From contig NC_043005.1 of NCBI RefSeq assembly GCF_006345805.1, forward strand, positions 33,914,001 through 33,978,000: a stretch of 64,000 nt of DNA, read 5' to 3'. The notes under the pieces were generated by a model. It did not search any database. It saw only the letters and a list, made by a program, of their open reading frames with translations, and was not told the origin of the DNA. Of the stretch, positions 36,972 to 50,484 are shown piece by piece (position 1 is the stretch's first letter; every line of letters begins with the position of its first letter). This DNA comes from Octopus sinensis. Lineage: Eukaryota. A program made the translations under genes and the position numbers.

Positions 36972-37271
36972 CTTTGGTTGGTTTTGATTGACAGGAATAT
37001 GAAGTAAATCTTGTAAACTATCATCTGGTTCAACACTATCGGTTGGACTCCTGCAGGCTTGTTCCCAGGCTTTAGCTAGAATATCATTGCTTGTTGGATT
37101 TGAGATTTTAGGAACTGCTTCATGAAAGTTTGAAAGCACTACAGGTTTATCCACACACACAGACTTTGCTGTATTTGGTGAACTCTCAACTTTATTATTT
37201 TCATGAGATTTCATATTCTGAGCTTCAGACGTCAGTACTGCAACAGAAGAACCATTGGTGCTTGAAGACAT
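36972..37271 (-). CDS. GON4L: GON4L exon
   Basis: ttgcag|ATG...AAG|gtcaga, 300 nt, phase 0/0. Confidence 0.82.
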
Positions 37272-37714
37272 CTGCAATGTAAATATTTGTTGTGTTAAGA
37301 GAATATCACTAAATAAAAATCAACAAAGTTACATATAAGATCAATCTTAAATAAAGAAAATGAATCATGATTTCTATATAACATATAACATTGTTACAAT
37401 ATAACATAAAATAACCCATAACACTTGTTATAACATCCGTCTGCCTACATTCTAATTTCAAATTAAGACATCCTTATGGATTCTACAACTGGATGCCCTT
37501 CCAGTCTTCACTTCAATGATATACCACTGCCAACATTGTCATCTCATACTTTAATTTCAAACACTGCATTATAATCACTCTAGTTGTCTAAAACCCACTC
37601 TTATTAATATGTGGTCTTTAATAATACCAGAAAATATTTAACTATTAATGTCTCAGACTGAAAAACAAACCCATATTCTAGTTCCTATGTCCTTAACAAG
37701 TAAAAAAACCGCTG

Positions 37715-37850
37715 GTATGTATGTATGTATGTATGCATGTATGATGTATGTATGTATGTATGTATGTATGTATGATGTATGTATGTATGTATGTATGTAT
37801 GATGTATGTATGTATGTACGTATGTATGTATGTATATATATATATATAAT
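37715..37850. repeat. (TATG)n/(TA)n microsatellite
   Basis: Directly visible. Confidence 0.95.
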
Positions 37851-38584
37851 AGGTGCAGGCATGGTATCCACAAAATAGAGTCAAATATCTGCTAGTTTAC
37901 AGAAATAAAGATAAGATTATCAAAAATATAAGGTGCTAGATGACAACAAAGAAACAAAAACAATTTGAAGAAAATAATGATTATTTGGAAGAAGATGAGC
38001 TTTGCCAAAACATCAGAACTCTCTCTACTGCAGACAAACTCCTCTTCACCCTCATACATCAATTTTCCATTCTGGTGAGCCACAGAGCCATGTCAAGTGG
38101 CAAGGCTAACTTTGGCATAGTTTCTACAGTTGGATGCCCTTCCTAACATCAACTCCTTTACAGTATGTAGTGGATGCTGTTTCTCAGGCCATCAGTATTA
38201 CTGAAGTCACCAAGTTGCAGAGCAGAAAAAGGGAAATGGAAAAAAGCTCCCCATGACTAGGGTGGGGGAGGAATTATTTAGGAGGGGTATGTGGCTTTAT
38301 GCCAGGTCCTGAGAAGCTGAAGTATGATAAAGAGACACATAAAGGTGTCTTGCTATTGAGGAGATACAAGGCTACTCCACATTATATAAAGGTGAGTGGG
38401 AGTATCTGGAAAGAATGTAAAAATAGTAGTGACAGGGTGCTGGAGCAAACTTACAAATTTCATCAGATAACAAGTTTATTAGTTATGTCTTAATATTCTG
38501 AATTGACAACTTTTGGTTTAATTTACCCGTTTCTTTAAGGAGCTCTCCAAAAATTAACCCTATTTCTCACTACAGAATACACAG

Positions 38585-38970
38585 GCTGTGTGGTAAGTAG
38601 CTTGCTTACGAACCACATGGTTCAGTTCTACTGCGTGGCACCTTGGGCAAGTATCTTCTACTATAGCCTCAGGCCGACCAAAGTTTTATGAGTAGATTTG
38701 ATAGACAGAAACTGAAAGAAGCCCGTCATATATATGTATATGTATGTGTGTGTGTATATGTTTGTGTCTGTGTTTATCCCCTGCAACATTGCTTGACAAC
38801 CAATGCTGGTGTGTTTATGTTCCCGTAACTTAGTGGTTCGGCAAAAGAGACCGATAGAATAAGTACTAGGCTTACAAAGAATAAGTCCTGGGGTCGATTT
38901 GCTCGACTAAAAGGCAGTGCTCCAGCATGGCTACAGTCAAATGACTGAAACAAGTAAAAGAGTGAAGAGT
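38585..38970 (+). mobile_element. tRNA-derived SINE family A, near full length
   Basis: Highly similar to 58172-58570. Confidence 0.88.
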
Positions 38971-39037
38971 GAGCAGACCTAAAATATATTTTTTTTAAAT
39001 ATTAAAACAATTAAACATTTTATGAAGGTTTGCTTAC

Positions 39038-39286
39038 TTTGTTTGGAGAATTGTGCTTTGTTAATAAATTTGATGAAGCTGGAGATCTGACAGACAAATT
39101 ATTTTCATCTTTGCAAACATCTGCAGAATGATCCTTGTGGTCAAGCTTTGTATCTCCTAACAGAATCAGAGGTTCTTCAGGTTTAGATTCTTTGTCAGGG
39201 TCACTTAGATGAAATGGCTCTGAGATTTTGGCACGTACATGTTTCAGTTTTCCAGTTGTCTTAAAATACAATTTACCATCTTTGAC
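39038..39286 (-). CDS. GON4L: GON4L exon
   Basis: tttttcag|GTC...AAA|gtaagc, 249 nt, phase 0/0. Confidence 0.85.
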
Positions 39287-41143
39287 CTGAAAAAGAGATT
39301 TGTGTATTTTTATATAAATGCACACACATACTCAAAGCATAACATAGAGCTGCTAGAGACAAACAAAACATCAAGAGAAAGATCCAGCATCAATGTAAAT
39401 GTTATAGTATTAGTGATAACATGGTGTCACTAAACAAACAACTGTATACTGTCAGATACTTTAAGAAAATGAAATTTGTGCTCCTTAAATTCTATGGATT
39501 TTCCCAAATCCATTTTTAATTCTTTATTTCAATAAAAATCTACCCTTACAAAAGATTTCATTATTATTATTATCATTATTCAGTAGTTTTATTTTTATAG
39601 CGTGCTTTCACTTCACTACCGAGCGCAGCTCTGTGTGCCTTAGGTATTTGTTGTGATGTTCTGATGGTTATTGTATGGTTATTGTATTATTATTATATTT
39701 AGATTTAATAATGAATAATAACCTAAGATTTCAATGATATTTTTTAAAAGAAATGCATTTGGTATAATACAAATGAGGAGTGTAAACTGATGATTCAGTA
39801 TAACTTAGTGTATGTTAGATAGCAATAATGAAAGTGATTTCCAGGAAGAGAATGTAATAAAAACTTTTTAAATATTTCATTTCAAAACTATTCAGGAGAA
39901 ACTAAACCCAATCCATCATCAAAACCCATTGTTGTACTTTTGTTTATAGCAATTCTAGTGATCCATATAATAATGGCAAATACTAATAACTACACAAAAT
40001 ATAAACAAAAGAAAAAGGAGGACAAATTGGACAAAATTAGTATCTTCTTATCATCATCATCATCATTTAACGTCCAATTTCTATGCTGGTATGAGTCAGA
40101 CAGTTTGGCTGAAAACTAGTGAGATGGGGAGCTACACTAGGTTCCAACCTGGTTTGGCATGGTTTCTGCGGCTGGATGCCCTTCGTTACACCAACCACTT
40201 CAAGAGTGTAGTGGGTGCTTTTTACACACCACTGGTATGACACTGGCATTGGCCATGTGCCTGAACAATGCTTTTTACTTATCACTGGTACGGGTGCAAG
40301 TGAACCAGCACTGGCATCAGCCATAGCAACAATTTCACTTGGCTTGACAGGTCTTCTGAAGCACAGCACATCATCCAACGTCTGAGGGGTGATTTTTACA
40401 TGCCAGTTACACGACACTGCCATCAGCCATGACTACAATCTCACTTGGCTTGATGGGTTTTAAAATAATGAGTATTTAGCAATTATATCATTCAAATTAC
40501 AACTCTTTCATGTGATAATAGTTAAATGAAATGTATTTTTATATTACAGATTTTAGATTTAATTAGAGTAGTTTTGAGAAAGAAATTCTACTACCAGCTT
40601 TCAAAAAGAACCATTCATCAAGTTTTGTGTTTGAGACACTGCTTTAATGTATCAATCAATAAAAGAAGGTTAAGGGTTGCTTTTTTTCTATTTAGATTGA
40701 GCAGAACAAGCTGGGAAGACTGAGTAACAAACACTGCAATACAAGAAAATCTGAAAGTGCAAAGATACATATTGTTGCGAATCAAATCCACAATGATATC
40801 ATATTGTGGACTTACAACGCACTACAGTTTGTTAGCCAAAACTATCTTGACAGGATGTATTGAGGGGAAAAGAGCAAGAGAAGGTGTCAAAGACATTTGT
40901 GGTGATGACAGCAAAGAATAGACTGAAAACAAGATTGTATAAATTAAATATCAAACAGAAGGAATTGAAAAGTCTTGGAAAGCTGACCCCTGGTTAATGA
41001 CAATAGTTGTTTTATGAAATGAGTCTCAATTCTCAAATTTTACTCATTGAACTGCTCCTTACTCCTGGATAAAATGAAAGATGAGTGTAGCTACTGGAAG
41101 AATTAATAAACAGATTAGTTGTGAAATGATTCAATAAACTTAC

Positions 41144-41372
41144 TGTCAAACCACAAAGAGAACAATGTGACATTCGTTTACTCTTTGTTTTCTTTTTATT
41201 TAATCCATCGGTGGGTAATTTCTCTTTGTCTTTGTGACACTGACATGGACAACCTGGCATTCCATACTGGTTAGCAGCATCAGGTAACTCAACATCCTCA
41301 TAACCCATTAACTTATTCTTCATCTCAGACTCTCCACCTTCAAGAGTGACTTCTTCAAAGTCTTCAGGTTGA
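41144..41372 (-). CDS. GON4L: GON4L exon (FEEV..YEDVELPD..CPCQCH..HCSLC motif)
   Basis: ttttatag|T...ACA|gtaagt, phase 2 in/0 out; the motif matches the post-PAH Cys/His region I recall from GON4L. Confidence 0.9.
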
Positions 41373-41539
41373 CTATAAAACATTAAAATAGATATAAACA
41401 ATAAATATATGTGTGTGTGAAAATATATATATATACACACATATATATAACAACACATGAGGGAGTACAGTACTAGAACACTTGCAAAATGCCTTTTAAT
41501 GCCTCCATTGTATTTTTTCTTCACCTCTTCAACATCTGC

Positions 41540-41960
41540 AAATTCCAAAGCACTAGCTTTCATCACCAGTGATGACCTTCAAAAAAAAGGTCCAGATCAA
41601 CTTCCAGCTGTTCTTTCAGTTCATGACACTCATTCAGTCGTGACTGTTTTCGATCTTCCATGCGCAAGCAAGGTACAAATTTTGCTGCAACTCTTTTCAT
41701 TCACGATTCCTCACACAAAATTTGTTGGCAGGAGCTTCAGGACATACCAGTCATATTAACAAGATTAATTGTTCGATGATGGTCCTCCAAGATCAGTTCA
41801 TGAATTTTCATGATGTTTTCATTCATTCAGGAGGTCAATGGTTACCCTGAACAAGGTTGGTCCTCAACCAACAAGTGACCACTCCTAAAGCATGAAAACC
41901 ACTCGTAAATTTGTGTTTTGCTCATGGCAGCAGCCTTGTAAGATGTTTGAAGCCATGCCT
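41540..41960 (-). mobile_element. mariner transposase remnant (HTH to first catalytic Asp)
   Basis: On -: AAMSKTQIYEWFSCFRSG..EDQPCSG, MKRVAAKFVP, KVITGDES. Confidence 0.85.
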
Positions 41961-43559
41961 TACCAATTATTTGGTAGATTCACTGCTGTTGGTGCCATGT
42001 GAAAAGCACAGGGTACATACAGTAAAATGGTTGGAATTGGGAAGGGCTTCCAGACATAGAAACCATGCCAGCTCCAGTCAAATCATCCAACTTGTGCCAG
42101 CATGGAAGGAGGACACTAACCAGTGATATGTGTACACACACACAAAGAGAAATATATGTATGTGTATATGTTTGGAGAGCGAGTTTGCATTTCTCAAGTC
42201 TACACGTGTTCATTTACTGGTTCATAAACAATGGCTTTGCTAATGATGTCATTTGCTTAAGTCCACTCTGAAAGCAGGTCCAGGCTTCTGGAGATGTCTT
42301 GAGATGTTGCAGGATCTTCACAAGTAAAGATGCTTGTTTTGATGGCATTTGTTTCCAGTTGTTTACATTAACACATCCAGATTGTTTCATAGACTCGAAG
42401 AATATTACTTTGGCAACAGGCGGGGTTGGTGACAGGAAGGACATCTAGCCATAGAAAGCGCTACCCTAACAAACTATTGGCTGTCCTACATGCAGGCATG
42501 GGAAAGCACACATTATAAAAAATGATGATACTGAGATTAACTAAGTAACATGAGATTGTATTGATATTCAGGTTGTTGATCTTTATCAAAATACAGGCAA
42601 CAGGGGTTGGGTGTAGTCTTCTCATGTCTCCACCATGTCAGCTCATGTCGAACTGTCCAAACCATGCCAGGATAAAAAATGGACGTTAAATGACGATGAT
42701 GATGGAATTATTGAAACTAAGAACTAGACTGCATCAGGTTTCACTGTCTACTTTGGCATGAGTTTTATGGCTGGATACCCTACCTAATGTCAACCACTTT
42801 CTAGCATACACTGGGTGTTATTTTCATGCGACCCTCACTAGTGAGGTAGTCATGCAGTTTGCAAAACTACAAACCCTGAAAGAGATGACTTTATAGTAGG
42901 AGATAAAGAGTTAAAGCATGAGAAAAGGAGCCAGACAAGAATAGGTTTCTTATAGAGGGTCTAAATGACTACTTGCATTTTAGAAGAGAGGATGGGAGTA
43001 ATCAAAGATGGAGCTGGAAAGAGAGAGAGTGGTGATGATAGGTCTGAAAGGCCACTACCACTGGAAAGCCTGCCATGGTCTGTGTCAGTTCTTATTTGGA
43101 ATTATTGTTGCCTTAAAAATGGTCAAAAGACCAAGCCACACTTGTAGCTTTCACTTTGGAGTTGATGGCCATAGTTCAGATTCTGTTCTAAACACCAACC
43201 ACTTCACAAATTATACTCAAGCCACAGTACTAAAGCAGTTATCAGGTCTAAGACTAGATTAAAGGTCTTCTCAACCCTGCATTGTCTCCACTTGTTTCCC
43301 AACTACTTTACTAAGTGCACTGGGTCCCTGTATATTGTGGAGCCAGAAGTAGTAAGGTTGCCTTAGACTATGTTGCAATGTCTCCATTTACTCAACACAA
43401 TATAATTGACACAGTGAATATCAGGGAATACAATAGCAGAAGAACCAAGATGAGTGGGTGAAGGAAACAAAATCATGGGTGAGGGTTAATAGAGTGATTT
43501 GGGATGAAAGTGTAGTAGAGGGAGGGGAGAAAATGACGAAGATGGAAAGTCAGTAGAAA

Positions 43560-43790
43560 TAATGATTTCAAATTTTGGCACAAAGCCAGCAATTTCAGGG
43601 GAGGGGATAAGTCGAGTCAATTCCATCGACGACCCCAGGGTTCAACTTGTAATTATTTTATCACCCTTGAAAGGATAAAAACAAGGTTGACCCTAGCAGC
43701 ATTTGAACTCAGAACATAAAGTCAGATAAAATGCTGCTACACATTTTGCCCACTGTGCTACCAATTCTACCTGCTTGCAGCCTTAGTTTG
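43560..43790 (-). mobile_element. tRNA-derived SINE family B, decayed
   Basis: Similar to 55006-55236 (atttgaactcagaac, aaaggataaaa..gttgacc). Confidence 0.65.
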
Positions 43791-44221
43791 TATTACATTA
43801 CAATGAATGTCTTCTGTTATTTCATCTTGTTTGTCCATGTTTCCAGTGTTACATTAAATAGCTTCAATTATTTCATTTTATTCCTCCATGTTCACAGTTA
43901 AAATTCTATCAAGCTTGATTGTATTATTTATCTATTTGATGGTGATAAAACAAATACTTGTATATAAATTGTTGTTTTTGTTATTGTTTAACTACTGGTC
44001 AACTCAGATTAATAAGAAAAATTACCAAAGGAGTTGATTATTCTATCTGCTCCCAAGGACCAAAATGACTTTTCCTAAAATGACAAGACATAAACTGAAG
44101 GCAATTTGGCTGCTATTTCTTGCAAATCTACTACCCCATTAGATGCAGCCTGCAAGTAGCTATGGCCTACTTCTTTAAAATCATTTGACAAAATGAAACC
44201 AATTAGAGAGAACATACAAAC

Positions 44222-44403
44222 CTTTCTGGAGGTGGTTGAAATCCAAATAACCCTGAGAATTCGGCCAAAAGTTCATCTTGTCCCTTAAACATTGGCAGTA
44301 ACATTTCATGAAGTTCTTCTTCCTTGTGCGTCACCTTCCTCTGCCATTCCGCAAAGATTCTTAGAACCTTTAGGTACTGACTAGGATGTTTCTCAAAAAT
44401 AAT
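44222..44403 (-). CDS. GON4L: GON4L exon (PAH2-like)
   Basis: tctgcag|ATT...AG|gtttgt, phase 0 in/2 out; LLPMFKGQDELLAEFSGLF. Confidence 0.9.
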
Positions 44404-45483
44404 CTGCAGAAACAATAACAACAGTAAACAATCTAAAACTTAGAGAGTGTTTCAAATATATTAAAGCTATATCACATTTCTATCATGTAAGCCACCCCAG
44501 CATTCTAATTAATTATCAGTACAATACAGAGTTTGAAGTGGTAAAGTAAAATATCAATATATTATGTCGCTGCTATTAAAATATTATATCGGTATTATTA
44601 ATACTAGTCGTACCCATGGAAATTCCACAATTATTTTGAAAACAGTTTGAACAAATTGTAGATTTTTCTGAAATACTGATTCTTGAGAAAATCTACATAG
44701 GCAGTATTGAAGGGGTAATCAATCAATCTATCTATCTATCTACCTCCCTACATATCTAACTATCATCTATCTACCTACAGACCTACTTATGTACCTAGTA
44801 TATTATGTTGATAACACTCAATACTATGTTAGTATTGACTTTCTGAAATCTCACATCATTATTCATGATATAGTTAGAGTTGACTGAAAATATAACTGGA
44901 CCTTCTTGGGCCACATGTGGATATTATAAGATCCAAATTTAAAAAAAATATTAATATAAATGAATTATACAACTACTGAATAATGCTTTTTTTCTCATTT
45001 GTACATCCTAACTTACACATCCTTCTCTAGGACAATACATGAGAGACTGTACTGGTTCGTCCTCATCATATGATCTATACCCCACTTCCCACTCACTTCA
45101 AATCATAAATATATAATATATGTATGTAAACAAAGTTAGTCTGTTTATATGTAACTGGTGTAACATTTCCAGCTTATGCTAAATTATAAGAGAGTGGCAA
45201 AGTATCAAAGAAAGAGTCAAAAAATTGATAAGAATTTTTTTTAAATAAGAACATTTTCAAATGAAATAATGAAAAACAAACTTCTTATGTCACTGCCCCA
45301 TATAGTTGCAACATTTTCCATAAGAGATGAAAAATAGCACCTAATAAAATTGTTTATATCAAAGAGAATTTTGAGGAGAAATGGAAAAGTGAAATGGAAG
45401 TAGGGGGGAAAAAAATGACAAAAAGTTGAAATGTGAAGACAAAAGAAAATAAAGTGAAGATGGTGAGGATGAAAGAGAATTAC

Positions 45484-45636
45484 CTCAATTTTACGTAAGA
45501 AGTTGCGAGCCCTAAGAAAGTCTACTGTAGTTTTGTAACAGCCACAGAGGAGAGCATGTTCTGGAGAGAGGAACGCTGCAAAGTCATGTACAAGTTCAGG
45601 ATAGTCCTTCATTAAATATGACAGGCTTTTGTACAG
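45484..45636 (-). CDS. GON4L: GON4L exon (PAH1 C-half)
   Basis: ttttgcag|CTG...GAG|gtaatt, phase 0/0; LYKSLSYLMKDYPELVHDFAAFLSPEHA. Confidence 0.92.
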
Positions 45637-47754
45637 CTGCAAAAGAGAAGATGAATTTACTAAGTTTTGGCAAAATATCATAGGTTCTTATATATGCTGA
45701 GGGCAGAGAATTTTTCAAGTGAATAGAGGGACAGGATTTTGTGATGTTCATACTTTTCCTAAAACTGTTATCAATGCAAATGACACAAAATAGTTCCAGT
45801 AATAGAGTTAACTTGCTAGGAACATATATCCAGACTATCAATGGTTAACATATTCCATCAAAAATAATTTAAATTTTTTATATATATATATACACACACA
45901 CACATACAAAATCACTATCATTCAACATTCATGTTTTGTGCTCATATGGGATGGACAGAAACCAACAAGCCAGAGGACTATGTTGAGCTCCAGTGTCTGC
46001 TTTGGTATGGTTTCTATGGTTAGATGCCCTAACATCAGCCACTTACAGAACATACTGGGTGTTTTTTTTCATGGCACCAGCACTAGTGAAGTCATCAAGT
46101 AACTTGCAAAACAAGATCCCCTCTTAATGAAGGAGTGCAGTAGAGAAGTGTTTTATGTTTGGTGTTAAAAGGCTGAAGTATGATGGAGGAACAGAAACAG
46201 GTGTCTTGCTGTAGGAGAGATATCTACCCCAGCAGGAAACTAAGAAAAGATGATGGTGATGAGGTATCAGGGCATACACTCAAGATATAAGAAGGTGTTT
46301 TTAAGAGTGGATATGGACAGAGGAACAAGGAAGGGTGAATAGGTAGGTAGGTTTGTGAGAGTGTAAAAAGAGAAAGATAGTCAGAGGTTAGGGTTAGAGA
46401 AAGATAGAGGTAGGGATAGGGGTGAATGCATAGAGTAATGAACATGGGTGGAATTGAGTTAATGGCAAATTTCAGTTTGGGGCTACAGGTAAAAGGAAAT
46501 AGGAGTGGGTCAGGGAGGAGTAGATAAGAAGCAGTAGATAAAGAGGGAATGAAGAGTAACAGTATAATCATGTGGTGATAAGATAGTATGGATAATTTTT
46601 ATTGATTAACTCTGGGAAATTGCTCATAATTAGAATTTATTCATGCATGTATAGCTTTGAATGTTTAGGTGTATCATCTTCAGGTCAAAGAGTTTCACAA
46701 AAGAATCTAGTAAGGTTGTTAGTCAGCAGAACTGTTACATGGTTTAGTTGTTGTAAGTTTTATTTACATATTAAAGGGATGTTTACCTTTTGTTTTGAGA
46801 ATGTGAATATTAAATCCTAGAATTCATTCCAGTGTTTTAACCTCAGTAGTTAGGTGTGTTTTGTTGGTATGTTAGCTTTTAGGAGATTGGCATTTAAGGG
46901 TTCACAAAAGAATATAGATAGGTGGTGAGGGTTATTTGGATTGCACAAAGTCAAGGTAAACTTAAATGATTTACAGTCTGATAATGGCTTAGCTTGCCAA
47001 AACTTCAAAGACACTATCATTAGTATTCTTGTTAAAGAATAAATAAATAAATATAAGCAGGATAAGAGGAGACATACAGGACAGAGAGTCACTAATGAAA
47101 TCATAGGGTATGTGATGAAAGGACTTTGACAGATGCATAAACTAAGAGTAATATGAATAAAAACTAAAATGAAGATCAAATAAATAGTGTGTGTATTTAA
47201 TTACTCCCCCCAAAAAAACTGACCATACAGAACATACACTTGTCATGTTAGTTCAAGAAAAATAACCATTAGATCTATTATCCATTCCCAAGAACTCAAT
47301 TAACCAAAGACTATTGAGACACCAACAGATGAATGCAGTGGATATGACACTTACAAACCTTGAGCTGATAGACCACTCCTTTAATCACTTGGCTAGTTTT
47401 TCATCATTGGGAGATACACATGCCTTCACATATACATACATACACATCATACATGTGTGTGTGTGTGTGTGTGATTTCATATTTCCTTCTCACCTACACA
47501 TGCATTTCACTCACTGGTTGTAAATAATGGCTTCACTAAAGATGTTATTTGCTTGAAGCCCAATATGAAAACAGGTGGGAGTTGGCAACAGGAAGGATCT
47601 CCTGCTGTAGAAAACTCTGCTCCAACATGGTCTCGTGTGATCCATGCAAACAGGGAAAAATAGATGATAAAAAATGGTGATGATGAAATACATATGGAGA
47701 CACACACACACACACACACACACACATTATATATATATATATATATATATATAT

Positions 47755-47950
47755 ACTTTATTTTAAGCAGCAGAAAATTCAACAAAATCTGTTACTCTGA
47801 GTTTCTCGTTGCCGTTCATCAGACAGTTTTTGCAAAAACTGTCTGATGAACGGCAACGAGAAACTCAGAGTAAAATAAAGCATATTACTCTACCACTGGT
47901 ATTTGAGTACACTTTTTTCCACCTTGTTTCACATTTATGTGTTTACTCCG
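47755..47950. mobile_element. Inverted PLE-like pseudo-LTR junction with perfect 82-bp palindrome (47792-47873)
   Basis: 47792-47832 is the exact reverse complement of 47833-47873; homology resumes at aaaataaag after a short deletion in the right arm. Confidence 0.75.
47789..47826 (-). ncRNA. Minimal type I hammerhead motif (38 nt), GUA cleavage triplet
   Basis: On -: CTGT-CTGATGA-ACG GCAA CGA-GAAA-CTC A GAG-TA-ACAG; core intact, first stem II pair is A.A. Confidence 0.72.
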
Positions 47951-48086
47951 GTATATATATATATATATAGACACACGCAAAGGTATACATCTCAAGTCAA
48001 GCTCAATATATAGTAGTTGTATTAAATTGTTGGTGAAGACAGTTTAGTTATTAGGTTTTTCAATAATGAGTGAAAACAGGGCTTAC

Positions 48087-48224
48087 TACAACAGGTGAAT
48101 AATCACTCTTGCCAAATTCAAACAAAATTCTGAGGAATTGTTCATAGCGCTCTATGTCAGTTTTCAAAGTTTCTTTGACCTTATTCAGATAAGCCAAAGC
48201 AAAAATGGTGTCTCGGTGATCTCT
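48087..48224 (-). CDS. GON4L: GON4L exon (PAH1 N-half)
   Basis: gtttcag|AGA...GTA|gtaagc, phase 0/0; FALAYLNKVKETL..YEQFLRILFEF. Confidence 0.92.
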
Positions 48225-48334
48225 CTGAAACAAAGACAACAATACATATATTGTACAGGGTTATAAGGATCAAAAAATGATTTCACCCTACATTTTACAA
48301 AACACATACATATTACAATAATACTTTCTATCAT

Positions 48335-48535
48335 AGGCACAAGGCCTGAAATTTGGAGGAGGGGGATAGTCGATTACATCAACCCCAGTATTCAACTGGT
48401 ACTTAATTTATCGACTCCAAAGGGATGAAAGGTAAAGTCGACCTCAGCAGAATTTGAACTCAGAACATAGTGATGGGCAAAATACGACTAAGCATTTCGT
48501 CCATTGTGCTAACGATTCTGCTAGCTTGCCGCCTT
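48335..48535 (-). mobile_element. tRNA-derived SINE family B
   Basis: Similar to 55006-55236. Confidence 0.8.
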
Positions 48536-49479
48536 ATACATATTACAGTAATATACAAGGAATGACAGTCTCAAATACAGGCAGTGCTATTGTTTAACCC
48601 AAGGTCAGTCCTGATCAAGCAGACTTTTGATAAAAGACATTCCAGTCATGACCCTCCTTCCTGTAAATTCAAGATTATGTTGTTCACTGAATGCTTTCTT
48701 TTTTAAAATATTAAGATGTAAGATAGTTGAGATTTGATTCTATTTCTAACAGGTGTAGTGACTATACAGTATACATCTACAACTTGGTGTTATTCTACTA
48801 AAATATTTCCTCAGTGTGTGTGTCTTAATGGGGAGATTTTGTGGAAAATTTGAATTTTTACAATTCTTTTTATACACGGAAGTCAAACTAAACAATGATA
48901 TATAATTTAAGAGCAGAATTTGTTTGTCTGACCAGCATCTGAAGTTGACTGTTAATGTGAATATAGCTTTGACAATCATAGCTTTTGTTTAGAATTACAA
49001 GCTTTACGACAGCCACTGTTACACTCAGCAAACAAGAATAGCTACACTTGGTAAACAGTCAAGTCTATGCCCAGCAAACAACTAAGATACACTTAGATCT
49101 GTAACATAAAGGAAGCATTCCTTTTTATTTCAATGTACAAGTTAATGTCTGCATATTTTAACACAGTAATTTAACACATGCTTCAAGTTGGCATGTATTT
49201 CATTAATGCATACAATAAATTACAGGAAACTAAGAACAGATCCTGCAGGACATCAATGTCATCACATAAGGTATGACGGAGAGAGAGAGAGAGAGAATTT
49301 AATGTCCACTTTTTCACGCTTCCAAGCTTCTTAATCACACATATGTTGAAAATGGATGCTGCAATTAATTTTGGAAAAAGATAGAATCATCAAGATTAGA
49401 AGAGAATCAGAATTCAATGTAATAATAGGAATACTATTTTAAACTGGCATTTCCAGCATCACACAGTTTAATAACTCAC

Positions 49480-49582
49480 CCGAGGGTCTTTTTCAATTAA
49501 ATTTGGTGCCAACATCGCAAGTTTGATGTCATTCCGTTTCTGTGCTTTGGTTCGTGTATCTTTACTCCTTTTCTGATGACAG
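49480..49582 (-). CDS. GON4L: GON4L exon (not in the ORF track)
   Basis: atttcag|C...CGG|gtgagt, phase 2 in/0 out; CHQKRSK...LAPNLIEKDPR bridges the 63096 donor (phase 2) to the 48224 acceptor (phase 0). Confidence 0.85.
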
Positions 49583-50484
49583 CTGAAATATAAATAAAGA
49601 AGGTGAAAAAATGAAAATATTTGAGAAAGGACAGAATTTCTAAGGTTATTTTAATCCTTAGTTTGGGAGAAAAAAAAAGGATAGACTGAAAATATACAGG
49701 TGGTCTGGAAAGAGGAGGTGAGAGAGACAAGAATAGGCCATAGTGAAAGAGAAGAATAACAAAGAAATGCGAAGGTAAAGGAAATAATTAAAATGTAAAA
49801 AAGAGAAAGATAAAAATAGTGAGAGATACAGTAACAATCATACATGATGTGAAGGAATTATAATAGATATCATCATCATTATTTAAGATCTGTTTTCCAT
49901 CCTCGCATGGGGTGGATGGTTTGATACAATTCAACAAGTCACAGGGCCACAATGAGCTCTAATGTCTGCTTTGGCATGGATTCTACAACTGGATGCCCAC
50001 CACTTTGCATGTGCCACCAACACTGGTGGGGATTACCTAGTAACTTGCAAGACAAGAAAAAGCAGGAAAAGCCACCTCAACTAAGTAAAGGATTGATTGA
50101 GATTAGCAGAACCTGTGGAAATACTATGGAAATAAGTCAGCACATTTGAAAAAAATTATGCTAGTATATTGAACAGAAGCAAGAAATTTCAAAAAAATTT
50201 TTTGATATCTTGCCACCGAACCAAAAGAGTGCTTTTAAATTTAATTACCTCCTTGTAATACATTTGACATATGATGTGCTATATAGTGTAACCCTTTAGC
50301 ATTTAAATCGGCCATATCTAGCCACAATATGCTATCTGTTTTATGTAGGTTGACATATTTTACGTTGCATTTTCGCATTCACCAGCATGTATAAGTGATA
50401 AAAGTGGTTTTCAGTTATTTCAATTCCTATTTCCAGCAATGCTGGTATTTTCTTTGAAGCCTTCATTATAATTATACATATATA

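Noticed and set aside
37892-38146. ORFs as an extra GON4L exon or a nested gene
   Set aside because: Flanking exons 39038 and 37271 already join in phase 0; the region runs into RTE 3'UTR-derived sequence and has no recognisable domain.
49573-49588. CTGATGA-cagct-GAAA hammerhead-like core
   Set aside because: No stem II, III or I can form; it is the complement of a GON4L exon/acceptor.
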